Origin: a bacterium
GTDB lineage: Bacteria > Patescibacteriota > Microgenomatia > Curtissbacterales > GWA2-41-24
Assembly: GCA_021813945.1 (NCBI GenBank)
Contig: JAKAJD010000001.1
Location: 496,412 to 560,411, forward strand
DNA: 64,000 nt
Direction: 5' to 3'
Made by a program: the position numbers and the translations under genes. Of this stretch, positions 26,716 through 36,430 are shown in pieces. Each line of letters begins with the position of its first letter. The stretch's first letter is position 1. Under the pieces are notes generated by a model. It ran no database searches, was not told the DNA's origin, and saw only the letters and a program-made list of their open reading frames with translations.

Positions 26716-28470
26716 ATGTACGCGGATGTTGTCGTATTAACCTACCAAGCACCGGATATCGACTCTTTTACATATGAAATTCCCAAAGGCCTAGACGTAA
26801 AAATCGGCCAACTGGTCGAAGTGCCATTCGGCAATAGACGTCCGACGGGAATAGTTGTGTCTAAAGACGAACGACTAAAGACTAACGCCAAAAATATTAG
26901 GCCCATTTCAAAGATTCTGCTCAACCGACCGATTTTGCTTCCCTATCAAATCGAACTCCTTAAATGGATGGCCAACTACTACCTCGCCCCAATGGTCAAC
27001 TGTCTGGAAGTAATGATGCCGAAAATCCCCAAAAAGTCTCTAGGCGAAAAGGCCAGGCCTTTACGCACGGACTCACCTCAGTTAAGGCCTGGCCTGAACC
27101 TTAACCATCAAGCGCAAAAGGTCAAGCCTTGGAAAACTGAAAGGTCTGACCTTAAGTTTAGCCAATCAATAATCCTCATCCCCTCAATCAACCGCATTCC
27201 GGAAACGTTAGCCAAATTCCCAAAAGCCAAAAATCCCGTCGTCTATCACAACGAACTAAAACCGGCGGAAAAACTTAACGCTTGGCAAAAAATTCTCTCC
27301 AGCGATGCTGATTACATTTTTGGGTCCAGATCCGCCGTTTTCGCTCCTTGCCCAAACCTTTCGGAGATCATAATCTACGACGAGCACGACGGCGCCTACA
27401 AAGACGAGCGCTCACCTTATTTTGACACCTTAACTGTTGCCCAAAAAATCGTAGAGCTCACCCGCGCCGAGCTAAAAATAGTCGACCCTTGTCCAAAAAT
27501 CACTACTTATTTTGGTCTTAAAAACCATATCAAAATGCAAAACTTTCCTCAAGAAACCACCGTAGTGGATATGCAAAACGAAAAGCAAAGCGGCCGCAAG
27601 AGCCCGATAAGCTTTGACCTCGAAGAAAAAATCCAAAATACTATTGACGAAAAAGGTAGTATTTTCCTGTTCTTAAACAAAAAGAAGGAGTCCGGTCACA
27701 TGTTTTGCAAATCTTGCAAGAATTCGCAGTTTCTGCAAAAACAACCGGAAACTTGCCCTGAATGTGCCTCTGCAGATATTTTTTGGAACGTTTTAAATAT
27801 CGACTCGCTTTCCGCCGAAGTTAAAAGACTATTTCCAAAAACGAAGGTTAATGCTATTTCTGGCGTTAGTCGTTCGTCGTTAAACGTTAGTCAAATTACA
27901 ATCGGGACGGCTTACTCCCTCTATGCCCAGCTTTTGAAAAAATACGATCTTGTAGCCCACATCCAAACCGATTCGGTCGCAAATCTTCCCGACTTTAACT
28001 CGCAAGAAAAACTTTACGCGCAAATTACGTCTTTGAAAAAACTTCTCACACCGGGCGGCAAACTATTCTTGCAAACCTACAATGTTGAAAATCGAACTAT
28101 AGAAGCTGCTGCAACCGGGAACTACCAGGCTTTTTTCGAAAGCGAAATATACCAAAAGAAACCTCTTAACTATCCCCCTTTTGGAATGCTTTTTAAGCTA
28201 ACCGCAAAGGGCAAAAACAAAGAAAAAATTCAAAAAGAGGCTCAGAAATTTTACGCGCAGCTGAAATCAAAACTCGATGAAAACATCACAACCCTCGGGC
28301 CTTATGAATCAGTCTTTATGCAAAAAACGCCAAGCTATCATATAATCTGCAAATACAAGCTTAAAAATTTCAGCTTATCGGAAAGAGAAAAGGCTGCCAA
28401 ACACGTAAGACCCCTAATCACCTTGCCCAAAAACTGGCAAGTTACAGTAGAACCTGATTCAATTAACTAA
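26716..28470 (+). CDS. priA: primosomal protein N' (PriA) homologue lacking an obvious Walker A; the repeat insertion sits at that position
   Basis: N-terminal 3'-DNA-binding domain VVVLTYQAPDIDSFTYEIP...VEVPFGNRRPTGIVV. Helicase motifs Ia/Ib/II present (IILIPSINRIPETLA, FGSRSAVFAP, IIYDEHDGAYKDE), then a Cys cluster CKSC...CPEC. No GxGKT; the corresponding position holds the repeat-derived peptide. Confidence 0.7.
   Translation: MYADVVVLTYQAPDIDSFTYEIPKGLDVKIGQLVEVPFGNRRPTGIVVSKDERLKTNAKNIRPISKILLNRPILLPYQIELLKWMANYYLAPMVNCLEVMMPKIPKKSLGEKARPLRTDSPQLRPGLNLNHQAQKVKPWKTERSDLKFSQSIILIPSINRIPETLAKFPKAKNPVVYHNELKPAEKLNAWQKILSSDADYIFGSRSAVFAPCPNLSEIIIYDEHDGAYKDERSPYFDTLTVAQKIVELTRAELKIVDPCPKITTYFGLKNHIKMQNFPQETTVVDMQNEKQSGRKSPISFDLEEKIQNTIDEKGSIFLFLNKKKESGHMFCKSCKNSQFLQKQPETCPECASADIFWNVLNIDSLSAEVKRLFPKTKVNAISGVSRSSLNVSQITIGTAYSLYAQLLKKYDLVAHIQTDSVANLPDFNSQEKLYAQITSLKKLLTPGGKLFLQTYNVENRTIEAAATGNYQAFFESEIYQKKPLNYPPFGMLFKLTAKGKNKEKIQKEAQKFYAQLKSKLDENITTLGPYESVFMQKTPSYHIICKYKLKNFSLSEREKAAKHVRPLITLPKNWQVTVEPDSIN
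27049..27153. repeat. AAGGYCWGRCCTT palindromic repeat cluster (4 units), in-frame inside priA
   Basis: aaggccaggcctt (27049-61), aaggcctggcct (27084-95), aaggtcaagcctt (27118-30), aaggtctgacctt (27141-53). Shares the loop ggaaaactgaaa with the folD copy. Confidence 0.85.
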
Positions 28471-29003
28471 TGGTAAAACCGATTTTGACAATTCCAAAAG
28501 ATGACCAGGCGCTTCGCCAGAAGTCCCAAGAAATAACTGCGTTCGATAAATCTGTCGAAAATCTAATAACCGATCTTATAGACACCATCGAAGCCCAAAC
28601 CGACCCAATCGGCCTTGGCCTTTCCGCCCCGCAAATTGGGGTTTTTAAAAGGGCTTTTGTTGCCAGAATTAGAAATAAGCTGAAAAGTTTTATAAACCCA
28701 AAAATTACAAAATTTTCCAAAAATGAAACCAGTTTTTTGGAAGGCTGCTTCTCCGTCCCGGAACTTTACGGACATGTCATTCGCCCTTCAGAAATTGATA
28801 TCGAATCTCAAGACATGCACGGTAAAAAGGCCGCCGTTCACTACAACGGTGTAGCAGCTAGAATCATCCAGCATGAAGTTGACCACCTAGATGGCGTTTT
28901 GTTTATCGATCATGTCCACACCCAAAACGGCAAAGTTTTTAAGGTAGAAAAAGACAAACGCGGCAAAGAACAATTCGTCGAAGTGCCTCTTCCTCAAAGT
29001 TAA
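28470..29003 (+). CDS. def: peptide deformylase
   Basis: EGCFSVP (EGCLS) and HEVDHLDG (HExxH) motifs. Confidence 0.92.
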   Translation: MVKPILTIPKDDQALRQKSQEITAFDKSVENLITDLIDTIEAQTDPIGLGLSAPQIGVFKRAFVARIRNKLKSFINPKITKFSKNETSFLEGCFSVPELYGHVIRPSEIDIESQDMHGKKAAVHYNGVAARIIQHEVDHLDGVLFIDHVHTQNGKVFKVEKDKRGKEQFVEVPLPQS

Positions 29004-29027
29004 ATTCCAAAAGAGTAAAATATAGCT

Positions 29028-29879
29028 ATGGAAAAAAGACTAAAAATCATCTTTTTTGGCAGCAGTAAATATTCTGTTATTGATGCTATCGCGCTTCACA
29101 AATCCTTTGGTCTTGAAACAATCGTTACAAGTCCAGACAAAGCAAAAGGCCGCCATAAAGAATTGGTTCCGGCACCGCCAAAAAAATTCGCAACAGAAAA
29201 CAATATCCCTGTAATAACAGCAGACGAAATAGAAGAAAGCCTTATTACAAAAGTTAAAAACCTAAATCCGGACTTTATTGTTGTTGCCGATTATGGACAC
29301 ATTCTTCCAAATACTTTGTTGAATATCCCAAAATACGAACCTTTAAACATCCATCACTCGCTTCTTCCAAATTACCGAGGACCCACTCCGGCACCTTCTG
29401 CGATTCTTGCCGGCGAAAAAGAAACCGGCCTTACGATTATAAAAATGACAGAGGATGTTGATGCCGGGCCAATTTACGCTCAGGAAATTTACAAATTAAA
29501 ACCAAATGAAACGACAGAAACGTTGTTGACAGAACTAAATACAATCGGTGGTAGACTTGCAGTAAAAGTTATAGAAGAAATTGCATCAGGAAAAAACCAG
29601 CCCAATCCGCAGAATAAACCGACTACAGATTACACACCGAAACTAACTAAACAGTCTGGCAAAATCGATATCGAAAATCCACCAGATCCAAAAACTTTAG
29701 ACCGCATGACTAGGGCATATTATCCTTGGCCTGCTGTCTGGACAAAAGTCGAAGGCAAGATAATCAAATTTCTTCCCGATCGCAAAATCCAGCCCGAAGG
29801 AAAACGGCCAATGAGCCTAAAAGAATTCCAAAACGGTTATCCAAAACTTTCTCAAGTAATTTCGACTTTATTTAACTAA
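29028..29879 (+). CDS. fmt: methionyl-tRNA formyltransferase
   Basis: IIFFGSS N-terminus, NIHHSLLPNYRGPTP (HxSLLPxxRG) and the def-fmt operon context. Confidence 0.9.
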   Translation: MEKRLKIIFFGSSKYSVIDAIALHKSFGLETIVTSPDKAKGRHKELVPAPPKKFATENNIPVITADEIEESLITKVKNLNPDFIVVADYGHILPNTLLNIPKYEPLNIHHSLLPNYRGPTPAPSAILAGEKETGLTIIKMTEDVDAGPIYAQEIYKLKPNETTETLLTELNTIGGRLAVKVIEEIASGKNQPNPQNKPTTDYTPKLTKQSGKIDIENPPDPKTLDRMTRAYYPWPAVWTKVEGKIIKFLPDRKIQPEGKRPMSLKEFQNGYPKLSQVISTLFN

Positions 29880-29900
29880 AGTACTTGCAAGAGATAAAAT

Positions 29901-30239
29901 CTACGTAGATAAGATTGCGAGAATTTGTTCTTTTTGCTCTTCAGTTGCATATTTTGATATATCATCCACTAACTGACCAATAACCTCATTATCAACTTTG
30001 TCCAAAATGGCACGTATAGAATCGTTCTGCTGTAAATTTTCATAAACCTCCTGAAATTCTTTATCGCCTGAATTTAATGAGTCGGAAAGTTTTTTTGCGC
30101 CTTGTGTATCTACTTTCTCAATTTCTCCCAGAAGTTTTGAAAAATAATAATTGTAGAAGGTGACCTTAAATTCCTGTCTTTGATCGACAGGATAATTTGC
30201 TGTTTCCAAAATTTTGGAAAGAAGATCATCAAAATTCAT
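29901..30239 (-). CDS. hypothetical acidic protein
   Basis: 112 aa; 4-nt start/stop overlap (ATGA) with the upstream small ORF suggests co-translation. Confidence 0.4.
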   Translation of the reverse strand: MNFDDLLSKILETANYPVDQRQEFKVTFYNYYFSKLLGEIEKVDTQGAKKLSDSLNSGDKEFQEVYENLQQNDSIRAILDKVDNEVIGQLVDDISKYATEEQKEQILAILST

Positions 30240-30568
30240 TTACCTCGTGGCTTATCACCAATACTTTGGCTCCCGGATTGTTCCACACCTTTACCAAGTA
30301 AACGTCTTTGGATCATATCCCTGAATTTAATTGACATAAGCGCTGGCCATCTGAAACCGTAATTCCATGTCACAACTTGGCTGATGTCAAGCGCTGCAGC
30401 AAGAGGTCTTATAACGGTTGGGAATTTATCATGATTGAAAGCTTCAAGTTTTTCGCCTTTTACAATAAAATCCCACCTTCGCCGCCTAGTAGTAAGTGCT
30501 TTCCCAAGATTATCATCCCGATTCGTTTCTCCTGTTTCTCCAGGTGCAATTCTGTCTTGGTCTTCCAT
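30236..30568 (-). CDS. hypothetical protein
   Basis: 110 aa, downstream of rpmB on the same strand; no family recognised. Confidence 0.4.
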   Translation of the reverse strand: MEDQDRIAPGETGETNRDDNLGKALTTRRRRWDFIVKGEKLEAFNHDKFPTVIRPLAAALDISQVVTWNYGFRWPALMSIKFRDMIQRRLLGKGVEQSGSQSIGDKPRGK

Positions 30569-30612
30569 AAAGGCATTATAAAGGAATCAAAAAAGATACG
30601 TCAAAAAATAAT

Positions 30613-30882
30613 TTAAGCGTTGGCAACTTGAGGAATTTCTGGAACAACTTTTTCTTCTTTTTTAGAAACTTTCTTTTCCATTTCCGTCTTAACTCTTCTT
30701 AAACATTTTGTACAAAGCCGCATTGTTTTGCGAACGCCTTTGTAAGTCACTTTCACCGAGTGAAGGTTAACCTGCCAAACTTTTCGTTTTTTGGTCGCCC
30801 TCATAGCCCAGCCTCCACCGTATTGGTGGGCACCGGACTTTTGGATTACAGATTTTTTTCCGCAAACTTCACAAGCTCTCAT
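30613..30882 (-). CDS. rpmB: 50S ribosomal protein L28
   Basis: MRACEVCGKK...SGAHQYGG...LCTKC: the L28 zinc-ribbon pattern with SxAxxxT..R-like core. Confidence 0.8.
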   Translation of the reverse strand: MRACEVCGKKSVIQKSGAHQYGGGWAMRATKKRKVWQVNLHSVKVTYKGVRKTMRLCTKCLRRVKTEMEKKVSKKEEKVVPEIPQVANA

Positions 30883-30945
30883 TTAGACTCCAACACAAAT
30901 CGTGTTAAACTATAGCATGCGTGGCCAATTTGGTCAATAATTCCA

Positions 30946-31617
30946 ATGTTTATTCAGCAATTCTTAAATAATCTTCAATCCAATCCTTCCGCGGCCATTT
31001 TAAACATGTTCGTGTATGTCGCCGCGCTAGTTGTAGCTATCTCGATCCACGAGGCAGCACATGCTTTTGTTGCTTACAGACTTGGTGACCCCACAGCAAA
31101 AATTGCCGGCAGATTAACACTTAATCCCTTCGCGCACTTAGATCCTTTGGGAACTCTAGCCATGTTATTAGTCGGAATCGGCTGGGGCAAACCCACACCA
31201 TTTGACCCATTCAACCTGCGAAACGTTAAAAGGGATTCTGCGTTAATTTCTGTAGCCGGCGCAGTCTCCAATTTTATCCTAGCAATAGTCATTTCCTTGC
31301 CTTACACCATTTCATACTATTTTTTAGGACGTATTCCTCAAAGTCTCGCAATTGTCTACGATTACGCATATATCGTGATTTTATTAAATTTATTACTTGG
31401 CGTTTTCAATTTAATTCCGGTTCATCCGTTGGATGGTTTTAAGGTACTGGCTGGCCTTCTTCCTCGTGACTGGTATTACGATTTTATACAAACAGAACGC
31501 TACGGAATTTTTATTCTTATACTTTTGCTTTTTACAGGCATGGTCTCAAGAATACTTTTTCCCATTGTATCGGTCCTTTTCAACCTTCTAGTCCCAGGTT
31601 TCAATGCCCCATTTTAG
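30946..31617 (+). CDS. M50-family (site-2 protease-like) membrane metallopeptidase
   Basis: HExxH in a TM helix (SIHEAAHAFVAYRLGD) and LNPFAHLDPLGT motif; polytopic. Confidence 0.8.
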   Translation: MFIQQFLNNLQSNPSAAILNMFVYVAALVVAISIHEAAHAFVAYRLGDPTAKIAGRLTLNPFAHLDPLGTLAMLLVGIGWGKPTPFDPFNLRNVKRDSALISVAGAVSNFILAIVISLPYTISYYFLGRIPQSLAIVYDYAYIVILLNLLLGVFNLIPVHPLDGFKVLAGLLPRDWYYDFIQTERYGIFILILLLFTGMVSRILFPIVSVLFNLLVPGFNAPF

Positions 31618-31852
31618 CCTCAAAAACTGCTTTTTTTAGGTTGACTTTTGTGTTATTATTAAATTGTTCACAGGAAGCAAGCCCTACTTAGGTAGCACTT
31701 TAAAAAAGTTTTAGCCTTTTTCTTCGCCTTCAAGTATTATCTCGGGGATCTAATATTCGCAAATACCGAGGTATGGCGATGAAGATACCCACCTGGGAGA
31801 ACCCGAAGAAAAACTAAACCATGCGCCAAAAGTAGGGTCGCAATTATCTTTA

Positions 31853-31878
31853 AACCAAGCAATCGCTTGGTTTTTTTT
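31853..31878 (+). terminator. rho-independent terminator-like hairpin
   Basis: aaccaagc-aatc-gcttggtt followed by TTTTTTTT. Confidence 0.5.
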
Positions 31879-31894
31879 ATCTGAAAATGGAAAA

Positions 31895-32005
31895 AAGGCC
31901 AGGCCTTTTCGCAGTAGTTCGTCTTGGTTAAGGCCTGGCCTTAACGAACGTTGACTAAAGGGCAGGCCTCAACCAAAGCCCTTTCCACGAAAAAGACCTG
32001 CCTTT
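31895..32005. repeat. intergenic cluster of palindromic repeat units (4 units)
   Basis: aaggccaggcctt (31895-907), aaggcctggcctt (31930-42), aagggcaggcct (31958-69), agacctgcctt (31994-32004). Confidence 0.8.
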
Positions 32006-32039
32006 GACTAGAGCCAGATTTTTAATTTTTTTTGGAAAT

Positions 32040-32597
32040 TTATTTTGTCCCGACTATTACTGCAATATCCGCAGAATCAGTTGATTCCAGGGGCGTTGCG
32101 CCTGCAACAGCGGAATACTTGTCTGAAAGATCAGAAATTAACTGATCCTTGTACTTAAGAAAGTCAGCCTTAAAATCAACCTCTGTGTTGGTGTAATCGT
32201 AATTTGAGGCATTACCAACAGAAACAACTGTGTAACCCTTACCCTGGAGGAAATCCTTAACAGCGGATGCTTTTCCGGCAACACCGCTTCCATTCAAAAC
32301 TTTTATCTTTGGAACGCTCCTGTCTAATGTTTGCGGGGAAGAGCTTGCCTCTTCAGCAGGTGCAACAGTTGCCTCAGGAGTTGGAGTTGCTTTCGCGACA
32401 AATGGACTGTATTTTGCAAAAGGACCAATGCCTCTAAAAAGCGCAAATGCCAAAGCTCCGATAATTATAAGGATGATAAGAATCCATAACCACTTGGCGC
32501 TTTTGCCCTGTGACTCCTGGTAAATTGGGCCGGTTGCCTGCGGTGTGTTTTGATCGTCCATAATATAAACCGACCAAATTGTATCAAATCGTGTCAA
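32040..32597 (-). CDS. LytR_C (LytR/CpsA/Psr C-terminal domain) membrane-anchored protein
   Basis: TM anchor, then KIKVLNGSGVAGKASAVKDFLQGKGYTVVSVGNA, typical of the LytR_C domain. The true start may be the internal MDDQ at about 32561. Confidence 0.6.
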   Translation of the reverse strand: MTRFDTIWSVYIMDDQNTPQATGPIYQESQGKSAKWLWILIILIIIGALAFALFRGIGPFAKYSPFVAKATPTPEATVAPAEEASSSPQTLDRSVPKIKVLNGSGVAGKASAVKDFLQGKGYTVVSVGNASNYDYTNTEVDFKADFLKYKDQLISDLSDKYSAVAGATPLESTDSADIAVIVGTK

Positions 32598-32685
32598 CCC
32601 CGTAAAGATAACAACTATCTTATGGGGTCAAGTAGGTAAATAACCTTGTTAAAATTCATGCTATATTATTCCTAAACCGAATCAA

Positions 32686-34602
32686 ATGCCTCGAAAAATT
32701 AACCTTACGATTCTGGCTCTTTTTGTGCTTCTTGGAATCTACTTTGCCAGAGTCAGAACCGTTGGCGACACAGCGGATACATACTGGCACTTAGCAGTTG
32801 GCCGGCAAGTTTGGCAGCAAAAAGAAATCCCAAAAACTGATGATTTTATCTATGGCAAAGCCGACACACACTACACCTCAACAGAATGGCTTTCCGGCTT
32901 AATCTTTTTTTTATTTGATGATTTTTTTGGATTTAAAAGTTTAGTTATCCTAAGGATCGCCTGTGCCCTTAGTACAATCTTTTTTCTTTACAAAACAGTC
33001 GAAGTTTTTACAAAAGACGAAAAAATCCAGTTCGCCGTTCTGGCAGCAACCGGCTACCCTCTTGCCGTTCGCCTTTTCGACCGGCCTGAGAACTTCAGCT
33101 ATTTATTTGTTGCTCTTATTAACTACGTTTGTTTTAAATATTTCTTCAAAGGAATTTTTAGCAAGTCCTTTTATGCACTTCCCGCAATTTTTCTTACCTG
33201 GCCCAGCATTCATGCATTTGTGGTTTACGGTTACGCCTTATTATCTTTTTGGATAACAATTTTTGTTTTTGAGCACTTCCGCAAAGTGAAATCCCGGCCA
33301 AACTTTATGTCGGTCATTTCGATTTGGTTAGTATCAACAATAGCAATCTTAATCCAAGCAAAAAGATTTTTCTTCTTCTTGGAGTTGAAAAAGCTAACAA
33401 GCTTTAGCGTCAACGAATGGGGTTCCCTAACAGATAGAATTTTTCTTTCAAGGGGCTATCAATTTTTTCAGCAAATGCCGGTTGAAGTTTATTTTTACGT
33501 GTTTTTATCCATAGTTGGACTCATTCTTGCAATTCACTGGATAGCTAAAAAGAGAGAAAATAATCTATCGCTTTATTTGATTTTTGCCACCTATTTTGCC
33601 ATCAGTCTGACACCAATCAGATATTATCGACTAATCCCACTCGTCCTTTTAACAGTTGCCCCGCTAATAATATTCTTCCTAAAAGACTTTAAAAACCAAG
33701 TATTTGACATCACTGTTAAACTTGTCGCCGGATTTTTGATAATTTTGACACTTGGTTCAATTTTCGTCGGCTACACAATTGGCTCGAAGTCGTACTTCAA
33801 AGCATCATTTGACGAAAGTGGCAAAACAATCGGCGTTAAATCGCGCCTTTGGGGTCAAGTTTTCCCCCAACAAACTTCAACTGTTATCGAAGGTTATCTC
33901 ACAACAAAACATCTTTACACGTTCGACTGGTGGAGCAACTTTTTCATTTGGCGAAATCCGACCGTTCAAACATACAGTGATGTCATGTATCAATATCGAA
34001 CTCCACAGGATTTCCAAGATGATCAAATAATCGGTTCCGGTCAAGAAGGCTGGGATAGGTTAGTTGAAAAATACAATATCGACACGGTTGTAAACAGCCA
34101 GTTTGCAGCGCCAAAAGGAAACAACACACCTGTATATAAACTATCCAACTGGAAGCTAGTTTATGTCGACAACATTTCTGCACTCTGGGCAAGAAACGAT
34201 GTTATAAAAACCTTGCCTGTTGATCTTTCAGCTTTAAGTTTGGAAATCCAGGAACCTTTGAAATTCAAACCGGAAAACAAAAATAGGGCGATTGACCAGC
34301 TTCAAAATCTGCTAAAATTTTATCCAAAAAACGATTTCGCCAGAGGACAGCTCATCCAAAACTACATAGACGAGTCAAAAATAACCGAGGCAAAAAGCCT
34401 GGCGGAGGAATCAAGAAAACTTATGCCTAATGATCCGACTTTCCCACTGTATCTTTCTGCAGTTTACGCATCATCCGGAAACTGCCAGCAAGCTTCCCAA
34501 TTTTCCAAAGAATCCTTGCAAAAAAGCTATAACGATTTCAATTTCCAAGCACTCGAAGCAATCATCCTGTCAAGTTGTCAAAGTCAAAATCAGTCACTTT
34601 GA
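32686..34602 (+). CDS. large polytopic membrane protein with C-terminal TPR-like region (putative GT-C-type glycosyltransferase)
   Basis: More than 10 predicted TM helices in the N-terminal ~400 aa; soluble C-terminal domain with TPR-like helices. Confidence 0.4.
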   Translation: MPRKINLTILALFVLLGIYFARVRTVGDTADTYWHLAVGRQVWQQKEIPKTDDFIYGKADTHYTSTEWLSGLIFFLFDDFFGFKSLVILRIACALSTIFFLYKTVEVFTKDEKIQFAVLAATGYPLAVRLFDRPENFSYLFVALINYVCFKYFFKGIFSKSFYALPAIFLTWPSIHAFVVYGYALLSFWITIFVFEHFRKVKSRPNFMSVISIWLVSTIAILIQAKRFFFFLELKKLTSFSVNEWGSLTDRIFLSRGYQFFQQMPVEVYFYVFLSIVGLILAIHWIAKKRENNLSLYLIFATYFAISLTPIRYYRLIPLVLLTVAPLIIFFLKDFKNQVFDITVKLVAGFLIILTLGSIFVGYTIGSKSYFKASFDESGKTIGVKSRLWGQVFPQQTSTVIEGYLTTKHLYTFDWWSNFFIWRNPTVQTYSDVMYQYRTPQDFQDDQIIGSGQEGWDRLVEKYNIDTVVNSQFAAPKGNNTPVYKLSNWKLVYVDNISALWARNDVIKTLPVDLSALSLEIQEPLKFKPENKNRAIDQLQNLLKFYPKNDFARGQLIQNYIDESKITEAKSLAEESRKLMPNDPTFPLYLSAVYASSGNCQQASQFSKESLQKSYNDFNFQALEAIILSSCQSQNQSL

Positions 34603-34653
34603 TAACAAATTGCCCAAAAAATTTATATAAGGTAAAATCATATTCGCTTACAT

Positions 34654-34726
34654 GCCGAGATAGCTCAGTGGTAGAGCAACCGTTTTGTAAACGGTAGGTC
34701 CGGGGTTCGACCCCCCGTCTCGGCTC
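34654..34726 (+). tRNA. tRNA-Thr (anticodon UGU)
   Basis: Cloverleaf: acceptor gccgaga/tctcggc, D-arm gctc-agtggtag-agc, anticodon stem accgt/acggt with loop ttTGTaa, T-arm ggggttcgacccc. Confidence 0.85.
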
Positions 34727-34751
34727 AAAAGCTCGTTCTCTATTCCGATGC

Positions 34752-34836
34752 GCTGGGATGGCAGAGTGGACAATTGCAACGGTCTGTAAAACCGTCGTCC
34801 GAAAGGACTCCGAAGGTTCGAATCCTTCTCCCAGCA
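34752..34836 (+). tRNA. tRNA-Tyr (anticodon GUA), long variable arm
   Basis: Acceptor gctggga/tcccagc, anticodon stem acggt/accgt with loop ctGTAaa, long variable arm, T-arm gaagg-ttcgaat-ccttc. Confidence 0.85.
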
Positions 34837-34840
34837 CACA

Positions 34841-34912
34841 GCCGGCGTGGCTCAGTGGCAGAGCGTTTCCTTGGTAAGGAAAAGGTCATGGGTCCGATTC
34901 CCATCGCCGGCT
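34841..34912 (+). tRNA. tRNA-Thr (anticodon GGU)
   Basis: Acceptor gccggcg/cgccggc, anticodon stem tttcc/ggaaa with loop ttGGTaa, T-arm atggg-tccgatt-cccat. Together these match the Thr-Tyr-(Gly)-Thr cluster order seen upstream of tufB in many bacteria. Confidence 0.85.
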
Positions 34913-35008
34913 CAACTTCGGAGTCGTTGTTTATTCACAACTTATCTCCTAATGCCAAACCGATAAACCCCTATTATTTTTAGTTTGTTATAATAGCCTT
35001 AAAGGCTA

Positions 35009-36388
35009 ATGGATCCACAAGCTCCCCCTCCTCAATACCCTCCAGTTTCACCGCCAACACAAGTTCCAAATCCAGCCTCGCCTGCTATAAACATAGTCCA
35101 GGAACCGCCTCAAAAATCCCCAAAAAAGCTTTTTTTAATTATCCTGGCTGGCCTAGTCATCACACTAGTAACAGCATCTACCAGCGTTTACTTTTTCTAT
35201 TACCTACCACGCAAAAACACAACCGAAAACATCAGCTCTGTCTCGAAGTCGGTTTCCGATTTTAAAACATCTGTTTCTCAAATTAATTCATTGCTTCAGG
35301 ACATATCAAACCTTTCTCTTGGCAAAAAAGGCTCAGATTCAACATCGCTTCAAGTTTCGGGGCTAGCAATCCACCCTCAAATCGCCAGTTTAGAGCAAAA
35401 CACCAAAGTTCTCGGGGCAAAAACGTCACCCCAACTTGGACCAATCGAAACAGACGTCTCCAGTCTCAAAAAGATGATTATCTCCGAAAACCCATTTAAA
35501 AAACATCAAAACTCCAAGGTAGCAGGGGCAACAACTACTTCCGAAAGCGAAAGTGTAATAAATTCACGCAAAATCAAAGACGATTCCAGCAAAGCTCTTG
35601 ATACGGTAGACAGCGGCACTAAAAACCTGAAGGAGGTAACCGCAAAAACTGCAAACTTGAAAGGTGTTCCAAATAAAAGTAAAGCGATTTTAGAAAACAT
35701 TACTTATAAAGAGAGCGCAAACAGCTATTTAGAAGAAGCAGGAAAAATCTCAAATTACTACAACACCTTAAGCAGTACTACAATTGCACTAGACAGTAAA
35801 ATTAGATCGTACCAAGCTCTGATCGCAGAAGCCTCTGCGGAAATTGGGGCTGCCTTAACTACAAAGAATCTCTATGATGCAAAAGACGCTGTCGGCGCAG
35901 CACAAATATCACTTAACAAGGCAAATCAGTTAGCGCAAGATATAAAATCCCTTGGGTCAACGCTTGAGTCTACAGGTCAAACCAGTATGCCAAACGCTGC
36001 CCAAAAGTACCAACAGCACAACCTTAAAGTTGTCTCCTCAGTCACTGACTATTTCACAAGCGAGACAGAAATCCTGAAAAAATTCTCGACAACGCTGGAC
36101 GGTAGTATCACTACTGCCCAGCAAAGGCCGCTCAGCACAGACGAAGTTAACACCCTTTCTCAAGCATGGAACACTGCAATTTCCCAAGAAAATTTAGCTG
36201 ACGCAAACTTTACTACAGAACTGACAGCCCTATTAGGTGAAGAGATTAACCTCGCAGCCTCTTTCTGGCAAGATAATGGTATTTTAAGATTAAGCACAAG
36301 TGTTAATGGTGACATCGATACTTATCAAAAAGCGCTAAACGACCTAAAAACTGCCAATAAAATTCCATTCCAGAAAACCACCAACTAA
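35009..36388 (+). CDS. hypothetical membrane-anchored protein with Pro-rich N-terminus
   Basis: PPQYPPVSPPTQVPNPASP, then one TM, then a long polar extracellular region. Confidence 0.45.
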   Translation: MDPQAPPPQYPPVSPPTQVPNPASPAINIVQEPPQKSPKKLFLIILAGLVITLVTASTSVYFFYYLPRKNTTENISSVSKSVSDFKTSVSQINSLLQDISNLSLGKKGSDSTSLQVSGLAIHPQIASLEQNTKVLGAKTSPQLGPIETDVSSLKKMIISENPFKKHQNSKVAGATTTSESESVINSRKIKDDSSKALDTVDSGTKNLKEVTAKTANLKGVPNKSKAILENITYKESANSYLEEAGKISNYYNTLSSTTIALDSKIRSYQALIAEASAEIGAALTTKNLYDAKDAVGAAQISLNKANQLAQDIKSLGSTLESTGQTSMPNAAQKYQQHNLKVVSSVTDYFTSETEILKKFSTTLDGSITTAQQRPLSTDEVNTLSQAWNTAISQENLADANFTTELTALLGEEINLAASFWQDNGILRLSTSVNGDIDTYQKALNDLKTANKIPFQKTTN

Positions 36389-36430
36389 AGTAATTAACAT
36401 CCAAAGGGCTTTCCTGCTAAAATTATACTA

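Noticed and set aside
31680-31880. Possible small SRP (4.5S) RNA: caGGAAGCAaGCC resembles the GGAA-tetraloop/AGCAGCC core, and a terminator hairpin follows at 31853-31878
   Set aside because: Only a partial motif match. The complementary 5' strand (AGGUCC...) of SRP domain IV is not present. A terminator is still annotated, but no RNA gene is called.
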